A DNA stretch of 37,552 bases, taken from contig JACZYK010000001.1 in assembly GCA_022571135.1 (NCBI GenBank), forward strand, positions 1 through 37,552, written 5' to 3'. The notes below the pieces were generated by a model. That model saw nothing but the letters and a program-made list of their open reading frames with translations, was not told where the DNA came from and made no database searches. Positions 1-9,562 of the stretch are shown one piece after another. This stretch comes from Bacteroidota bacterium. Lineage in GTDB: Bacteria > Bacteroidota > Rhodothermia > Rhodothermales > UBA10348. Numbering within the stretch: position 1 is the first letter of the stretch; every line of letters starts with the position of its first letter. The translations under genes were made by a program, and so were the position numbers.

Positions 1-5
1 TCGAA

Positions 6-452
6 TTGAGGGTCATGGAGAAGATCGAGTGGACCACGGCCCTCAACCGATTTGGCGAGGACTATCAGGATATCCTCCAGGACCCGCATGTCGGGGGGAT
101 CGCCGGCTCCATCGCCCGCACGCTCTATCAGCAAGCCATCCAGGACACCCAGATGAGCGGCCAGCCCCGCCGTCCGTACTGGGACATCTTCAGGGAAGCG
201 GGCGAGAAGACACGCGAATGGCGGAATGGGCTGGCCGGGGACTCCGAGACACCGCCCAAACCCAACGGCGAGCAACCCGCAGTCAACCTCTCCCCCGAGA
301 GGGGGGCCCGCAAGCGCGCCGCCCCGCAACCACCGACGCCACGCGCCGGGATGGCGCGTTCAGGCGCCAGGCGGGACAAAGCCCCGAAGTCCGATTCTGA
401 ACGCTTTAGCGAGGGTATCCGGGATATCCAGCGCGCGCGGGGGCAGCGGTGA
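6..452 (+). CDS. Hypothetical protein, probably 5'-truncated by the window edge; resembles the C-terminal part of phage capsid scaffolding proteins
   Basis: Open ORF in a segment that looks more GC-rich than the rest. It has a helical region, a Pro/Arg/Ala-rich linker and a C-terminal amphipathic helix ending ...GIRDIQRARGQR. The phage assignment is inference only. Confidence 0.45.
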   Translation: MRVMEKIEWTTALNRFGEDYQDILQDPHVGGIAGSIARTLYQQAIQDTQMSGQPRRPYWDIFREAGEKTREWRNGLAGDSETPPKPNGEQPAVNLSPERGARKRAAPQPPTPRAGMARSGARRDKAPKSDSERFSEGIRDIQRARGQR

Positions 453-871
453 TCATGACGGCCTGGCAATCGCGGTGGCGCTTGCGGGTGAGCGGCTTGG
501 CGTCGAGGCGGCCGAAGCGACCCGAACGCCCGAAACAGCAATATGCTGTACCTGCCGAGCGAAAGGAGAGGAATGAGTATCAGGGATCGGTACAGCGCCA
601 TACGATCGGTGAGTTGCGGGAAGAATACTCCGCGGCCTAATATTGAGTCGATTCTTTTTGAAAGATGGGTCGAATCCGGCTATGCGATTCTTTACGCTTT
701 GGTTCGTTACAGCCGCAGTCGCACGCCGTTCTAAAGTACGATGTTCCGCAAGTTTAGATGCCGAACCTGGTTAATTGTGTTCCCGATCACGCTTCCGGCC
801 GTTGAAGGGTATGACACAGGATAGTCCGCGTTGGACTCTATATTCCTGAACGGAGACCACATCACGTGAAA

Positions 872-2239
872 ATGGCCAAGCGGAAGTCGATATTTATCTG
901 TCAGGAGTGCGGAAACGAGGCTCCCCGCTGGATGGGCCAGTGTCCGGCGTGCCGCGCATGGAATTCGCTGGTTGAGGAATTCCCGCCGCCCGAGGGACTC
1001 GCGAGAGTCCCTTTCCTGGACCACAGAAACGAAGCCGAAAAGGCTAGACCCGTCCGATTGGACGAAATCGAGGTCGGACGCGAGATCAGGTTCTCGACCG
1101 GGATTGACGAAATTGATCGGGTGCTGGGAGGAGGAATTGTCAGAGGTTCGTCTGTCCTCGTGGCAGGCGATCCCGGTATCGGCAAGAGCACCCTGATGAC
1201 GGAGCTCGGAAAGAACCTGAAGTCACACCGCCTTCTCTATGTCACGGGAGAGGAGTCGCCTGCACAGGTGAAACTGAGGGCTTCCAGACTCGGCGTCTCG
1301 GGGCGAGATTTTCTTCTGCTTCCGGAGACCAATGTCGAGTCGATTATCCATTCCATGCAGGACATCGATCCCGGTCTGCTGATTGTCGATTCAATCCAGA
1401 CTCTGTATCGACCCGACATTCAGAGTGCGCCAGGTTCGGTTGCCCAGGTGAGGGAGAGTGCGTATGCGCTGATTCAGATGGCCAAAATGTCGGGAACGGC
1501 CGTCTTTATCGTGGGCCACGTAACCAAGGACGGCGCCATCGCCGGTCCGAGAGTGCTCGAACACATGGTTGACACCGTACTCTACATGGAAGGCGATCGT
1601 CACCATTCATTTCGGATTCTACGAGCCGTAAAAAATCGATTCGGATCGACCAATGAGATCGGCGTCTTCGAGATGCGGAGTACCGGCCTCCATCCGGTCG
1701 ATAATCCCAGCCGGATCTTTCTTTCCGAGCGAACGGAGGATACGGCCGGAGCCGTCGTCGTCTGCTCGGTTGAAGGATCGAGACCGATTCTGGCTGAAAT
1801 ACAGGCGCTCGTAACGCCGACCTCCTACGCCACCCCCCAACGAACCACGACCGGTTATGACGCCCGGCGCCTGCAGATGCTTCTCGCTGTCCTCGAAAAG
1901 AGGGAAGGGCTCAGGTTGTCGTCAAACGATGTGTTCGTCAACGTAACGGGCGGTCTTCGTCTTACCGAACCCGCCATCGATATGGGGATTGTGGCGGCCC
2001 TTGCGTCATCGTTCAAAGACAGGCCCGTCGATCGACGAGCGGTACTGATCGGTGAGATTGGGCTTGGGGGCGAGGTCAGAGCCGTTACCCACCTCGAGTC
2101 CCGACTCAAGGAAGCAGCCAACCTGGGTTTCAGGAATGCATACGTTCCGAGTCCGGATCTTGCGAATCTGAGAAAGCCGGCGGACATGGTGGTTGAGGGC
2201 GTCGCCTCAATCCATCACCTCATCGATCTTCTGCTGTAA
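872..2239 (+). CDS. radA: DNA repair protein RadA/Sms
   Basis: N-terminal zinc finger CQECG...CPAC, Walker A GDPGIGKST, KNRFG motif and Lon-like C-terminal domain. ATG at 872. Confidence 0.97.
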   Translation: MAKRKSIFICQECGNEAPRWMGQCPACRAWNSLVEEFPPPEGLARVPFLDHRNEAEKARPVRLDEIEVGREIRFSTGIDEIDRVLGGGIVRGSSVLVAGDPGIGKSTLMTELGKNLKSHRLLYVTGEESPAQVKLRASRLGVSGRDFLLLPETNVESIIHSMQDIDPGLLIVDSIQTLYRPDIQSAPGSVAQVRESAYALIQMAKMSGTAVFIVGHVTKDGAIAGPRVLEHMVDTVLYMEGDRHHSFRILRAVKNRFGSTNEIGVFEMRSTGLHPVDNPSRIFLSERTEDTAGAVVVCSVEGSRPILAEIQALVTPTSYATPQRTTTGYDARRLQMLLAVLEKREGLRLSSNDVFVNVTGGLRLTEPAIDMGIVAALASSFKDRPVDRRAVLIGEIGLGGEVRAVTHLESRLKEAANLGFRNAYVPSPDLANLRKPADMVVEGVASIHHLIDLLL

Positions 2240-2923
2240 GTGCTCCACGCTGCCGTCAGAGTGCCCCACAAGAACGTCGGTTGTCAGTCCCAGAAACAGG
2301 CCGTGGTCCAGAACACCGGGCGTTTGCAACAGCCTCTGATTGACGCGTATCGGGTCGAACGGTCCATCGAAGGTGGCGTCGATGATCCAGAATCCCTGAT
2401 CTGAAACGACGGGTCCGTCCTTTCGGACTCCCATGCGCAGTTCGGGCCGGGCTCCGAGGCTCTCGATAACCCTCATCACCGGCGCCACGGCCATCGGTAC
2501 GATTTCAACAGGCACCGGAAAGTTGCTCCCGAGGCGATCGACGAGTTTCGTCTCATCGACCAGAACCACGAAGCGACGCGCCTGGCCTGCGACGATTTTT
2601 TCCCGCGTCTGGGCTGCGCCACGCCCTTTGATAAGATTCAGATCCGGGTCTACTTCGTCTGCACCGTCGAAGGCCAGATCGATGGCGTCCACTTCATCGA
2701 GTGTAACGAGCGGTATGCCAAGCTTCTGTGCCTGACGCTCGGACGCGAACGACGTGGCGACACCTCTTACGGAGAGACCTCCTCCCTTAATCCTTTCACC
2801 GAGCGCGTCAATGGCCATGGCAGCCGTGGATCCCGTTCCCAGACCGACAACCATTTCATCTTCGATCCATTCCACCACTCGAGCACCGACCAATCGCTTT
2901 GCTTCCTTCTGTAGATCAGCCAT
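2207..2923 (-). CDS. rpiA: Ribose-5-phosphate isomerase A
   Basis: GLGTGST, DGADEVD and KGRGAAQTREK motifs. Confidence 0.96.
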   Translation of the reverse strand: MADLQKEAKRLVGARVVEWIEDEMVVGLGTGSTAAMAIDALGERIKGGGLSVRGVATSFASERQAQKLGIPLVTLDEVDAIDLAFDGADEVDPDLNLIKGRGAAQTREKIVAGQARRFVVLVDETKLVDRLGSNFPVPVEIVPMAVAPVMRVIESLGARPELRMGVRKDGPVVSDQGFWIIDATFDGPFDPIRVNQRLLQTPGVLDHGLFLGLTTDVLVGHSDGSVEHLQQKIDEVMD

Positions 2924-2956
2924 ATCGCCCGCGTCTCCTCTGGATTAAACGTGGCG

Positions 2957-2964
2957 CAAAGGTA
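2957..2964 (-). promoter_or_regulatory. Bacteroidota-type -7 promoter element (TAnnTTTG) upstream of rpiA
   Basis: Minus strand reads TACCTTTG, about 35 nt upstream of the rpiA ATG. Confidence 0.5.
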
Positions 2965-3007
2965 ATAACGGCAGTGAAAATTCTCACGCTCAACCAGCGG
3001 ACAGAGA

Positions 3008-4237
3008 CTACTCGTACCTGAGCGAATCGATTGGGCTCAACCGAGCGGCTTTAAATGCCGGATAACCGCCAAATATCAGCGCGATTGCGGTGACCATGAT
3101 CACCGCGGCGATCGCCCAGCCGATTGGAAAAGCAGTCGATATATCAAAATAGAAGGCGACCGAATTTCCTGCCAGGGCTCCGAGAATGATGCCCAGGAAT
3201 CCGCCGATCTGACAGAGAAAAAAAGCCTCCAACAGGAACTGACGCATGATATCTTTGCGCCGTGCACCTACCGACTTGCGAATCCCGATTTCCCTCGTCC
3301 TTTCGGTTACGGAAACGAGCATGATATTCATGATCCCGATGCCCGCGGCCAGGAGGGCAATGAGGCCGATACCCGCTCCTCCCGCGGCGAGCGTACTCGT
3401 GAAAGCGTCGAAAATGTCCTGCATGCTGTCGTTGGTCGAGATCTCGAAGTTGTTGTTTTCGCCGGGCCGAACCTTTCGAATCACGCGCATCCGACCGGTT
3501 GCCTCTTCGATGGCCGCCCGAACGAGATGAGAATCGTGTACGCGGACGCTGATGACAATATTCCGGTTGTGACTACCGTAAAGACTGAACCCGCGCGTAA
3601 TCGGCGTGAATACTCTATTGTCCTGCGAGAATCCGAACACGCTTCCTTTGGTCTTCAAAACACCCACGACTTCGTACCGCTGCCCGTCCATCCGAATACG
3701 CTTCCCGAGCGGATTTTCGTTGGGAAACAGAGCATCGACGATACCGGTGCCGAGGACACAGATCGGTCTTGCATACAGAACGTCCTCCTCGGTAAAAAAC
3801 CGTCCGGAGTCCAGTTCGTACGAGAAATTGCCGAGCATATATTCGTTGCTGCCGACAAGTTGAATGTTGGGTTCCGGTGTCTGGCGGTCCTGATAGCGGA
3901 CGGATCCCATATGGAATCCTTCCATGGGACTGAGAGAGACGGCAAGCTGCATCTTGTCGTCCAGACGCTTCATCTGCTCGTAGGTGAGCCGGGGTCTGTT
4001 CCGAATGTTCCTGTCTATCGGCCCTGTCTGAATGGTGGGCGTCCGCGTTATCATAAAGGTCGACGATCCCAGAAATTGAAGGGATTCCTTGAAGTAGACG
4101 TCGATGACGGCGACGGCGGTCACGGACACGATGATGGCGAATACGCCTATCACCATGCCCAGAAGAGTAAGCGAGGATCGGAGTTTGTGGCTCCGCAGCC
4201 CCTCGAGGGCCATGCGTAGTGCTTCAAGAACTGCCAT
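3008..4237 (-). CDS. ABC transporter permease, MacB/FtsX family
   Basis: RSSLTLLGMVIGV N-terminal TM, periplasmic domain, GIGIMNIMLVSVTERTREIGIRKSVGA, C-terminal PIDSLRYE. Confidence 0.93.
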   Translation of the reverse strand: MAVLEALRMALEGLRSHKLRSSLTLLGMVIGVFAIIVSVTAVAVIDVYFKESLQFLGSSTFMITRTPTIQTGPIDRNIRNRPRLTYEQMKRLDDKMQLAVSLSPMEGFHMGSVRYQDRQTPEPNIQLVGSNEYMLGNFSYELDSGRFFTEEDVLYARPICVLGTGIVDALFPNENPLGKRIRMDGQRYEVVGVLKTKGSVFGFSQDNRVFTPITRGFSLYGSHNRNIVISVRVHDSHLVRAAIEEATGRMRVIRKVRPGENNNFEISTNDSMQDIFDAFTSTLAAGGAGIGLIALLAAGIGIMNIMLVSVTERTREIGIRKSVGARRKDIMRQFLLEAFFLCQIGGFLGIILGALAGNSVAFYFDISTAFPIGWAIAAVIMVTAIALIFGGYPAFKAARLSPIDSLRYE

Positions 4238-4275
4238 CTACAATACGTTATTAGACTCAAAGGACATCATCTATC

Positions 4276-5511
4276 CTATTCGTAACGAAGCGCTTCGATC
4301 GGTGGAGCCTTCGCTGCGATCCAGGCGGGCGCAAGACCAAAAATGGTTCCGATGGCTACGCAGATACTGAACGCGATGAATACCGTGAACATATCCAGAT
4401 AGGCGGGCAATACGATCTTAATGAGCGCTGCCAACGGAATGGACAGACCGACGCCCAGAAGACCTCCGATCATGCAGATGACCACGGCTTCGATGAGGAA
4501 CTGTATGAGGATCGTGCGCCGCCTCGCACCCACCGCTTTTCTGATGCCGATCTCCCGGGTCCGCTCCTTGACGGTGACGAACATGATATTCATCACTCCG
4601 ATTCCACCGACGAGCAGCGCCAGAGCCGTCAAGCCGATACCTATCATATAGATCGCGTTCTTGATCGGAGCGATCGTCTCTCTCAATGACTGTTGTTCAT
4701 TGAGCTCAAAATCGTCTTCTTCCGTAGCGTCGAGTCTCCGGGCAAGGCGAACGACGCCGCGAATCTCGTCTTTCGCATCCTCGAGCGCGACATCGCGGAC
4801 GAGTTTGGCCTGGACGGATATGTTTCGCCAACGGACCCCGAACTGACGTTTAAACGAGTTGAACGGAATCCGTATCTGAAGATCTGCGGACGCTGCTGCG
4901 TTAGCTCCCTGTCCTTTCTTCGTCAGAACACCGATCACCCGGAATTTGCGGCCCCTGATTCGAATATCCTTGCCCAGGGGGTCGCTGAACGGGAAGAGTT
5001 CTTCGGCGATACTGGCCCCGATAACAGCAACGTCCCGGGCACTCTGATCGTCCACGTCCGAATAAAAATAGCCTTCGCTCAGATCCACCTGATGCACTCT
5101 CGGGAACGTAGACGAAGCGCCGATAATCCTGGCGCTGGAAATGCTGCGATTCTTCTGCGAAACGGATCCGCTCGTACCGACAACCGCCGTTGCCGCCTGA
5201 ACAAAATGGGCGCGTTCCTCTACCTTTTTGGCGATGTCGGCCGTGATATTGGGTCGGTTGATGTATTCCCACCATTTCCCACTGTTATCCGCCCACGGCC
5301 ACTTCTCGATATAAATAACGTCGGTACCCAGGCTGGCCATGTCCTGCTCGAAACCGCGCTCGATACCGTTGACGATCGTGGCCATGCCGGTCACGGACAC
5401 GATCCCGATGACGATACCGAGGGTCGTAAGAATTGATCGCATCTTGTTCACGCGAACGGCACGAAGGGCGATCATCAGGCCTTCCCAGATTTCAAATAAG
5501 AAACGATTCAA
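4276..5511 (-). CDS. ABC transporter permease, MacB/FtsX family
   Basis: RSILTTLGIVIGI, GGIGVMNIMFVTVKERTREIGIRKAVGA and PIEALRYE. TTG start. Confidence 0.93.
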   Translation of the reverse strand: MNRFLFEIWEGLMIALRAVRVNKMRSILTTLGIVIGIVSVTGMATIVNGIERGFEQDMASLGTDVIYIEKWPWADNSGKWWEYINRPNITADIAKKVEERAHFVQAATAVVGTSGSVSQKNRSISSARIIGASSTFPRVHQVDLSEGYFYSDVDDQSARDVAVIGASIAEELFPFSDPLGKDIRIRGRKFRVIGVLTKKGQGANAAASADLQIRIPFNSFKRQFGVRWRNISVQAKLVRDVALEDAKDEIRGVVRLARRLDATEEDDFELNEQQSLRETIAPIKNAIYMIGIGLTALALLVGGIGVMNIMFVTVKERTREIGIRKAVGARRRTILIQFLIEAVVICMIGGLLGVGLSIPLAALIKIVLPAYLDMFTVFIAFSICVAIGTIFGLAPAWIAAKAPPIEALRYE

Positions 5512-5573
5512 GTTCGTTCTCCGGATGACGCGTGTCGGTTACGACCGGGCGGTCGCATCCACGCGGATACGTA

Positions 5574-6083
5574 TTAAAACGCTCGCGGATACGCTTCCTC
5601 GATTTTCTTTTCGAATCTAAGGCGGTACTCGCTGTATGTTGAATTGTAATCGGCCTTCACCAGTCGAAATCCATCTACAAGCGCCATGACAGTCATGCCC
5701 GGGTCGTGGTTTGGAAACGTATCGAAAGCGAACTTGGAGTATCCCAACTCTCTTGCTCTTTCGATGAGGGCGTCCATCAAGGCTCGGGCAATACCGCGGC
5801 GCCTGAATTCACGCACGACACCTCCCTTGGCCGAGTAGAACACGAATCGATTTTCCCTGTACCCTACCTTGAAACCTGCCGGGACACCGTCGAGATGGGC
5901 AATCAACATCGTGAGGTCTTCGCGGTCGAACGTGTTGATGATGCGCTCCTCGCCGAAGATCTCCAGGTTCATCTGCTGCAGGTCTTCTATCCGATCCAGA
6001 TCGAGTGTCGAGATGGTAAGCCCCGGAATCCCGATTGACTCCTGGCGAAGAGTTCGTAGTGAAAATGTCTCAAGGACGTCCAT
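5574..6083 (-). CDS. GNAT family N-acetyltransferase
   Basis: Acetyl-CoA binding motif A VREFRRRGIARALM. Confidence 0.85.
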   Translation of the reverse strand: MDVLETFSLRTLRQESIGIPGLTISTLDLDRIEDLQQMNLEIFGEERIINTFDREDLTMLIAHLDGVPAGFKVGYRENRFVFYSAKGGVVREFRRRGIARALMDALIERARELGYSKFAFDTFPNHDPGMTVMALVDGFRLVKADYNSTYSEYRLRFEKKIEEAYPRAF

Positions 6084-6089
6084 GTGGCC

Positions 6090-8150
6090 TCAGGACGAAG
6101 AATCCGATGGAGAGGGCAAACCCCGGAACGCCCGTGCGGTTTCATCACGGTCGTCTGATGTCTGATCGGGTGATTCCTCCACGATGGAACCGGGCTCGAG
6201 CAGTTCCTCCGAAATATCCACGAGAAAACGGCTGGGCGAAGTAAAATACTGACCATCGGAACGGCGGTACTGCACGCTCGGATAGGAAATAAAAAGTTGA
6301 TCTGCCGCTCGGGTTACGGCCACATACAGCAGGCGTAATTCCTCGTCCAGCGCATCCGCGTCTCCAATCGAGTACGAGGATGGGAGCACGCCGTCCAGGG
6401 CACGAATGAGAAACACGTTTCGATACTCCAGGCCCTTCGCCGAATGAATCGTGGATAGTACCAGCGGCGGTTCGTCATCGACTTCGGTTTCGGTATCCAG
6501 AGCCGTCAGCTCTATCGGGTCGAGCGCCATAGACGAGAGCAACTGCGCGCGATCAGAAAAACCCTCGGCCAGACCGACGAAGTGTTCCAGGTCCTGTATA
6601 CGTTTGGGATAGTCCTCATAGTACACGCGTCGCAACACCGGTTCATAGTAGGCGACGGCCACCTCGACCTGTTCAGTGATCGGGACATCGGCACTTCGGA
6701 TATAGCGAAGCATGGCGAACATGCGCTTGAGCTCCTCGATGTAGCGAGGAGAGAATCGGCTTTCGTCGATTTCAAACGCCCGATCTGAAGCCGATTCAAT
6801 CCAGGAAATCAACTGGTGCGCCGTCTTCGGACCAATGCCTTCCAGGAGCTGGAGTATCCGATTCCAGGCGACGCCGTCCATCGGATTCTCGACCACTTTC
6901 AGGTACGCCAGAAGGTCCTTGATATGAGCGGCTTCGCTCAGTTTCAACCCGCCATATTTCACAAACGGAATTCCTCTGTGATTGAGTTCGACCTCAAGAT
7001 CATAGGAGTTGAATCCGTTTCGGAAAAGGACGGCCATCTCGCTGAGCGGTACTCCCTCCTCTCTCAACGTCAGAATCATCTGTGAGACAAAGCGGCTCTC
7101 GAAACGAGAGTCGGTGGCGTGCACCAGAACGGGGGTCTCGCCGAGGCCCCGCTCCGTGAATAGACGCTTGTCGAACTTATTTCTGGCTCTGGAAATAAGG
7201 AGATTCGCCAGATCGAGTATGCGCTGGGTAGACCTGTAATTATGCTCCAGTTTCAAGACTTGAGTACCTGGAAACATCTCCGGGAAGGACAGGATGTTTC
7301 GAATGTCCGCCCCGCGAAACCGGTAGATACTCTGCGCATCGTCTCCGACCACCATTACGTTTCCATGGACGGACGAGAATCGTTCCACGAGCAGGGCTTG
7401 AGTCCTGTTCGTGTCCTGGTATTCGTCGACCAGGACGTGTCGGCATTCTGTGGCTACCGAGCGGCGGACGTCGTCGTGCTCACTGAACAGGCGGAGTGTC
7501 TTGATCAGCAGGTCGTCGTAGTCCATCAGTCCATGATCCTGCTTGTACCGCTCATATCCCGCTCCGAGTTGTTCAAAGACCTCGACGAATTCCAGAAACT
7601 GGGGATATCGGGCCTCGACAAAATCCTCCATCGACATATCCCTGTTTCGAACCGAAGAAAAAATGGACTGAATCGTGCGCTTTCTCGGGAATCTTTTTCG
7701 GTCCAGCCTGAGATTGAGACCCGATCTGATCACATCGATGACATCAGCCGAATCCGACGCGTCCAGAATGGTGAAATTGTTCGGATAATCGAGTCTTCCG
7801 GCATGTTGCCTGAGGATACCAAGACAAAACGAATGAAACGTTCCTCCCCGCACGCGCCGGCAGCGTCCATCCAGTAACGCCGAGGCTCTGGAAAGCATTT
7901 CCGCAGCCGCCCGGCGCGTGAACGTCAATAAGACGATCTGTTCGGGGGGCGCTCCAGTCTCGACGAGGTAGGCAACCCGGTAGACCAGCGTTCGCGTCTT
8001 GCCGGTTCCAGCCCCGGCGACTACTAGTTGTGGCCCGCCTTGCGCCGTTGCGGCGGCATACTGCTGCTCGTTTAGTTCCTTCGCGTAATCGATCGACAAA
8101 TGATGCCGTTCGACAGGAGCCTCTTGACGAATGACGAACCTCCGAGCCAT
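6090..8150 (-). CDS. ATP-dependent DNA helicase, UvrD/PcrA/Rep family
   Basis: AGAGTGKT, LLTFTRRAA, VDEYQDTN, VGDDAQSIYRFRGA, NYRS, STIHSAKGLE and YVAVTRA motifs. Start placed at ATG 8150; the ORF is open to 8192. Confidence 0.94.
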   Translation of the reverse strand: MARRFVIRQEAPVERHHLSIDYAKELNEQQYAAATAQGGPQLVVAGAGTGKTRTLVYRVAYLVETGAPPEQIVLLTFTRRAAAEMLSRASALLDGRCRRVRGGTFHSFCLGILRQHAGRLDYPNNFTILDASDSADVIDVIRSGLNLRLDRKRFPRKRTIQSIFSSVRNRDMSMEDFVEARYPQFLEFVEVFEQLGAGYERYKQDHGLMDYDDLLIKTLRLFSEHDDVRRSVATECRHVLVDEYQDTNRTQALLVERFSSVHGNVMVVGDDAQSIYRFRGADIRNILSFPEMFPGTQVLKLEHNYRSTQRILDLANLLISRARNKFDKRLFTERGLGETPVLVHATDSRFESRFVSQMILTLREEGVPLSEMAVLFRNGFNSYDLEVELNHRGIPFVKYGGLKLSEAAHIKDLLAYLKVVENPMDGVAWNRILQLLEGIGPKTAHQLISWIESASDRAFEIDESRFSPRYIEELKRMFAMLRYIRSADVPITEQVEVAVAYYEPVLRRVYYEDYPKRIQDLEHFVGLAEGFSDRAQLLSSMALDPIELTALDTETEVDDEPPLVLSTIHSAKGLEYRNVFLIRALDGVLPSSYSIGDADALDEELRLLYVAVTRAADQLFISYPSVQYRRSDGQYFTSPSRFLVDISEELLEPGSIVEESPDQTSDDRDETARAFRGLPSPSDSSS

Positions 8151-8363
8151 GACGCGGTCGCACTTATTGTCTTCTTCTTCGGAAACCGTCATAACGAAGG
8201 ATCGACGTGAAATGGTTCTGTAATCAACCGACTGGTTTGGACCGGGGAATGTTCATAGATTCCGAACCGTTCCGGGAGCGTCCGATTTGGAACCCAGGCC
8301 CCGGCTAATTCTTCGTTTTCGGCCCGATGTGGGAGGTCCCAGGCGGCCGCAAAGTCTGTTCGA

Positions 8364-9254
8364 ATGGGGAAGGTAATCGCAGTCGCCAATCAGAAAGGGG
8401 GCGTTGGAAAGACGACCACCGCCGTAAACGTGGCTTCCTCTCTCGCCGCCATGGAGCATCAGACGCTTCTTCTGGATTGCGATCCCCAGGCGAACAGCAC
8501 GTCAGGCATCGGTATCGATCCAAGAACTGTTTCCGCGTCCACGTACGAAGTCCTGCTCGGCAGTTGCTCAATGGAAGAGGCGATCGTGGTTACGGAAATG
8601 CCCTATCTGGATCTGGTTCCGAGTCATATCAATCTCGTGGGCGCCGAAATCGAGATGGTCGATGTTCCGGACCGGGAGAAGTTGCTGAGGCGCTCGATCC
8701 AGGATGTTCGAAAAGTCTATGACTTCGTCGTCATTGACTGTCCCCCGTCACTGGGGCTGTTGACCCTTAATTCTCTAACCGCCAGTGACTCGGTGCTTAT
8801 TCCCGTGCAGGCAGAGTATTTCGCCCTGGAAGGACTCGGACAATTGCTCAATACCATCAAACTGGTCCGTCAGCATCTGAACCCGAAGCTCGAAATCGAA
8901 GGCGTGCTACTTACGATGTTTGACTCCCGTCTGCGACTGGCCAACCAGGTTGCTTCCGAAGTCAGGCGCTATTTTGGAGAAAAGGTCTTTCGAACGATCG
9001 TTCAACGAAACGTCCGACTCTCAGAGGCCCCCAGCTTCGGACGACCGGTTCTTCTCTATGACGCTACGAGCGTCGGCGCCCGAAACTATATTGCTCTTGC
9101 CAGGGAAATTCTCCTGACGAACAAAGCTCGTCTGAATCTGGAGCCTGCCGCCTCGGGCGGCCGGGAGAAAGCCTCGGGCGGCCGGGAGAAAGCCTCGGGC
9201 GAAAATAGCCCGCCTCCATCAGACATGAACCCGACAAACGGCCAGAATAAGTGA
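8364..9254 (+). CDS. parA: Chromosome partitioning ATPase ParA/Soj
   Basis: Deviant Walker [24 protein letters not shown] and EAPSFG. Confidence 0.96.
   Translation: MGKVIAVANQKGGVGKTTTAVNVASSLAAMEHQTLLLDCDPQANSTSGIGIDPRTVSASTYEVLLGSCSMEEAIVVTEMPYLDLVPSHINLVGAEIEMVDVPDREKLLRRSIQDVRKVYDFVVIDCPPSLGLLTLNSLTASDSVLIPVQAEYFALEGLGQLLNTIKLVRQHLNPKLEIEGVLLTMFDSRLRLANQVASEVRRYFGEKVFRTIVQRNVRLSEAPSFGRPVLLYDATSVGARNYIALAREILLTNKARLNLEPAASGGREKASGGREKASGENSPPPSDMNPTNGQNK
9150..9201 (+). repeat. 21-bp in-frame tandem repeat (about 2.5 copies) in the parA 3' end
   Basis: GCCTCGGGCGGCCGGGAGAAA twice plus GCCTCGGGCG; encodes ASGGREK repeats. Confidence 0.9.
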
Positions 9255-9263
9255 CGCCGCACG

Positions 9264-9532
9264 AGGGCCTGTTAACGCTAACTGAAAGCGCCCTGTAGCA
9301 GCCTGTAAACAGGCGAATCAAGGCGTGTGGAGAGAAATTTGGTGAAATCAAATGAACGACGAACAACACGGAGTGACCTGTTTACAAGCGCTACCCACCG
9401 GGCCGGGTCTATTTTTTTGCCCGGCGGCGTTAGTAGAGACTTATGTAACGGTGTTACACTGCGTGTCTACTGCCTTGCTGGACAAAAAAATAGTCGCCGG
9501 CAGGACGGTTTCCGGTAGCGTTGACAAACCCT
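9264..9532. mobile_element. MITE-like non-autonomous element with imperfect ~32-bp terminal inverted repeats and two internal palindromic sub-units
   Basis: Left end AGGGCCTGTTAACGCTAACTGAAAGCGCCCTG matches the reverse complement of the right end, AGGGTTTGTCAACGCTACCGGAAACCGTCCTG. Internal inverted repeats are CCTGTAAACAGG/CCTGTTTACA and CTATTTTTTTG/CAAAAAAATAG. Partial copies lie at 12726, 21076 and 21907. Confidence 0.75.
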
Positions 9533-9562
9533 AGATCCCTCCAAACCAATATTCGACATCGC

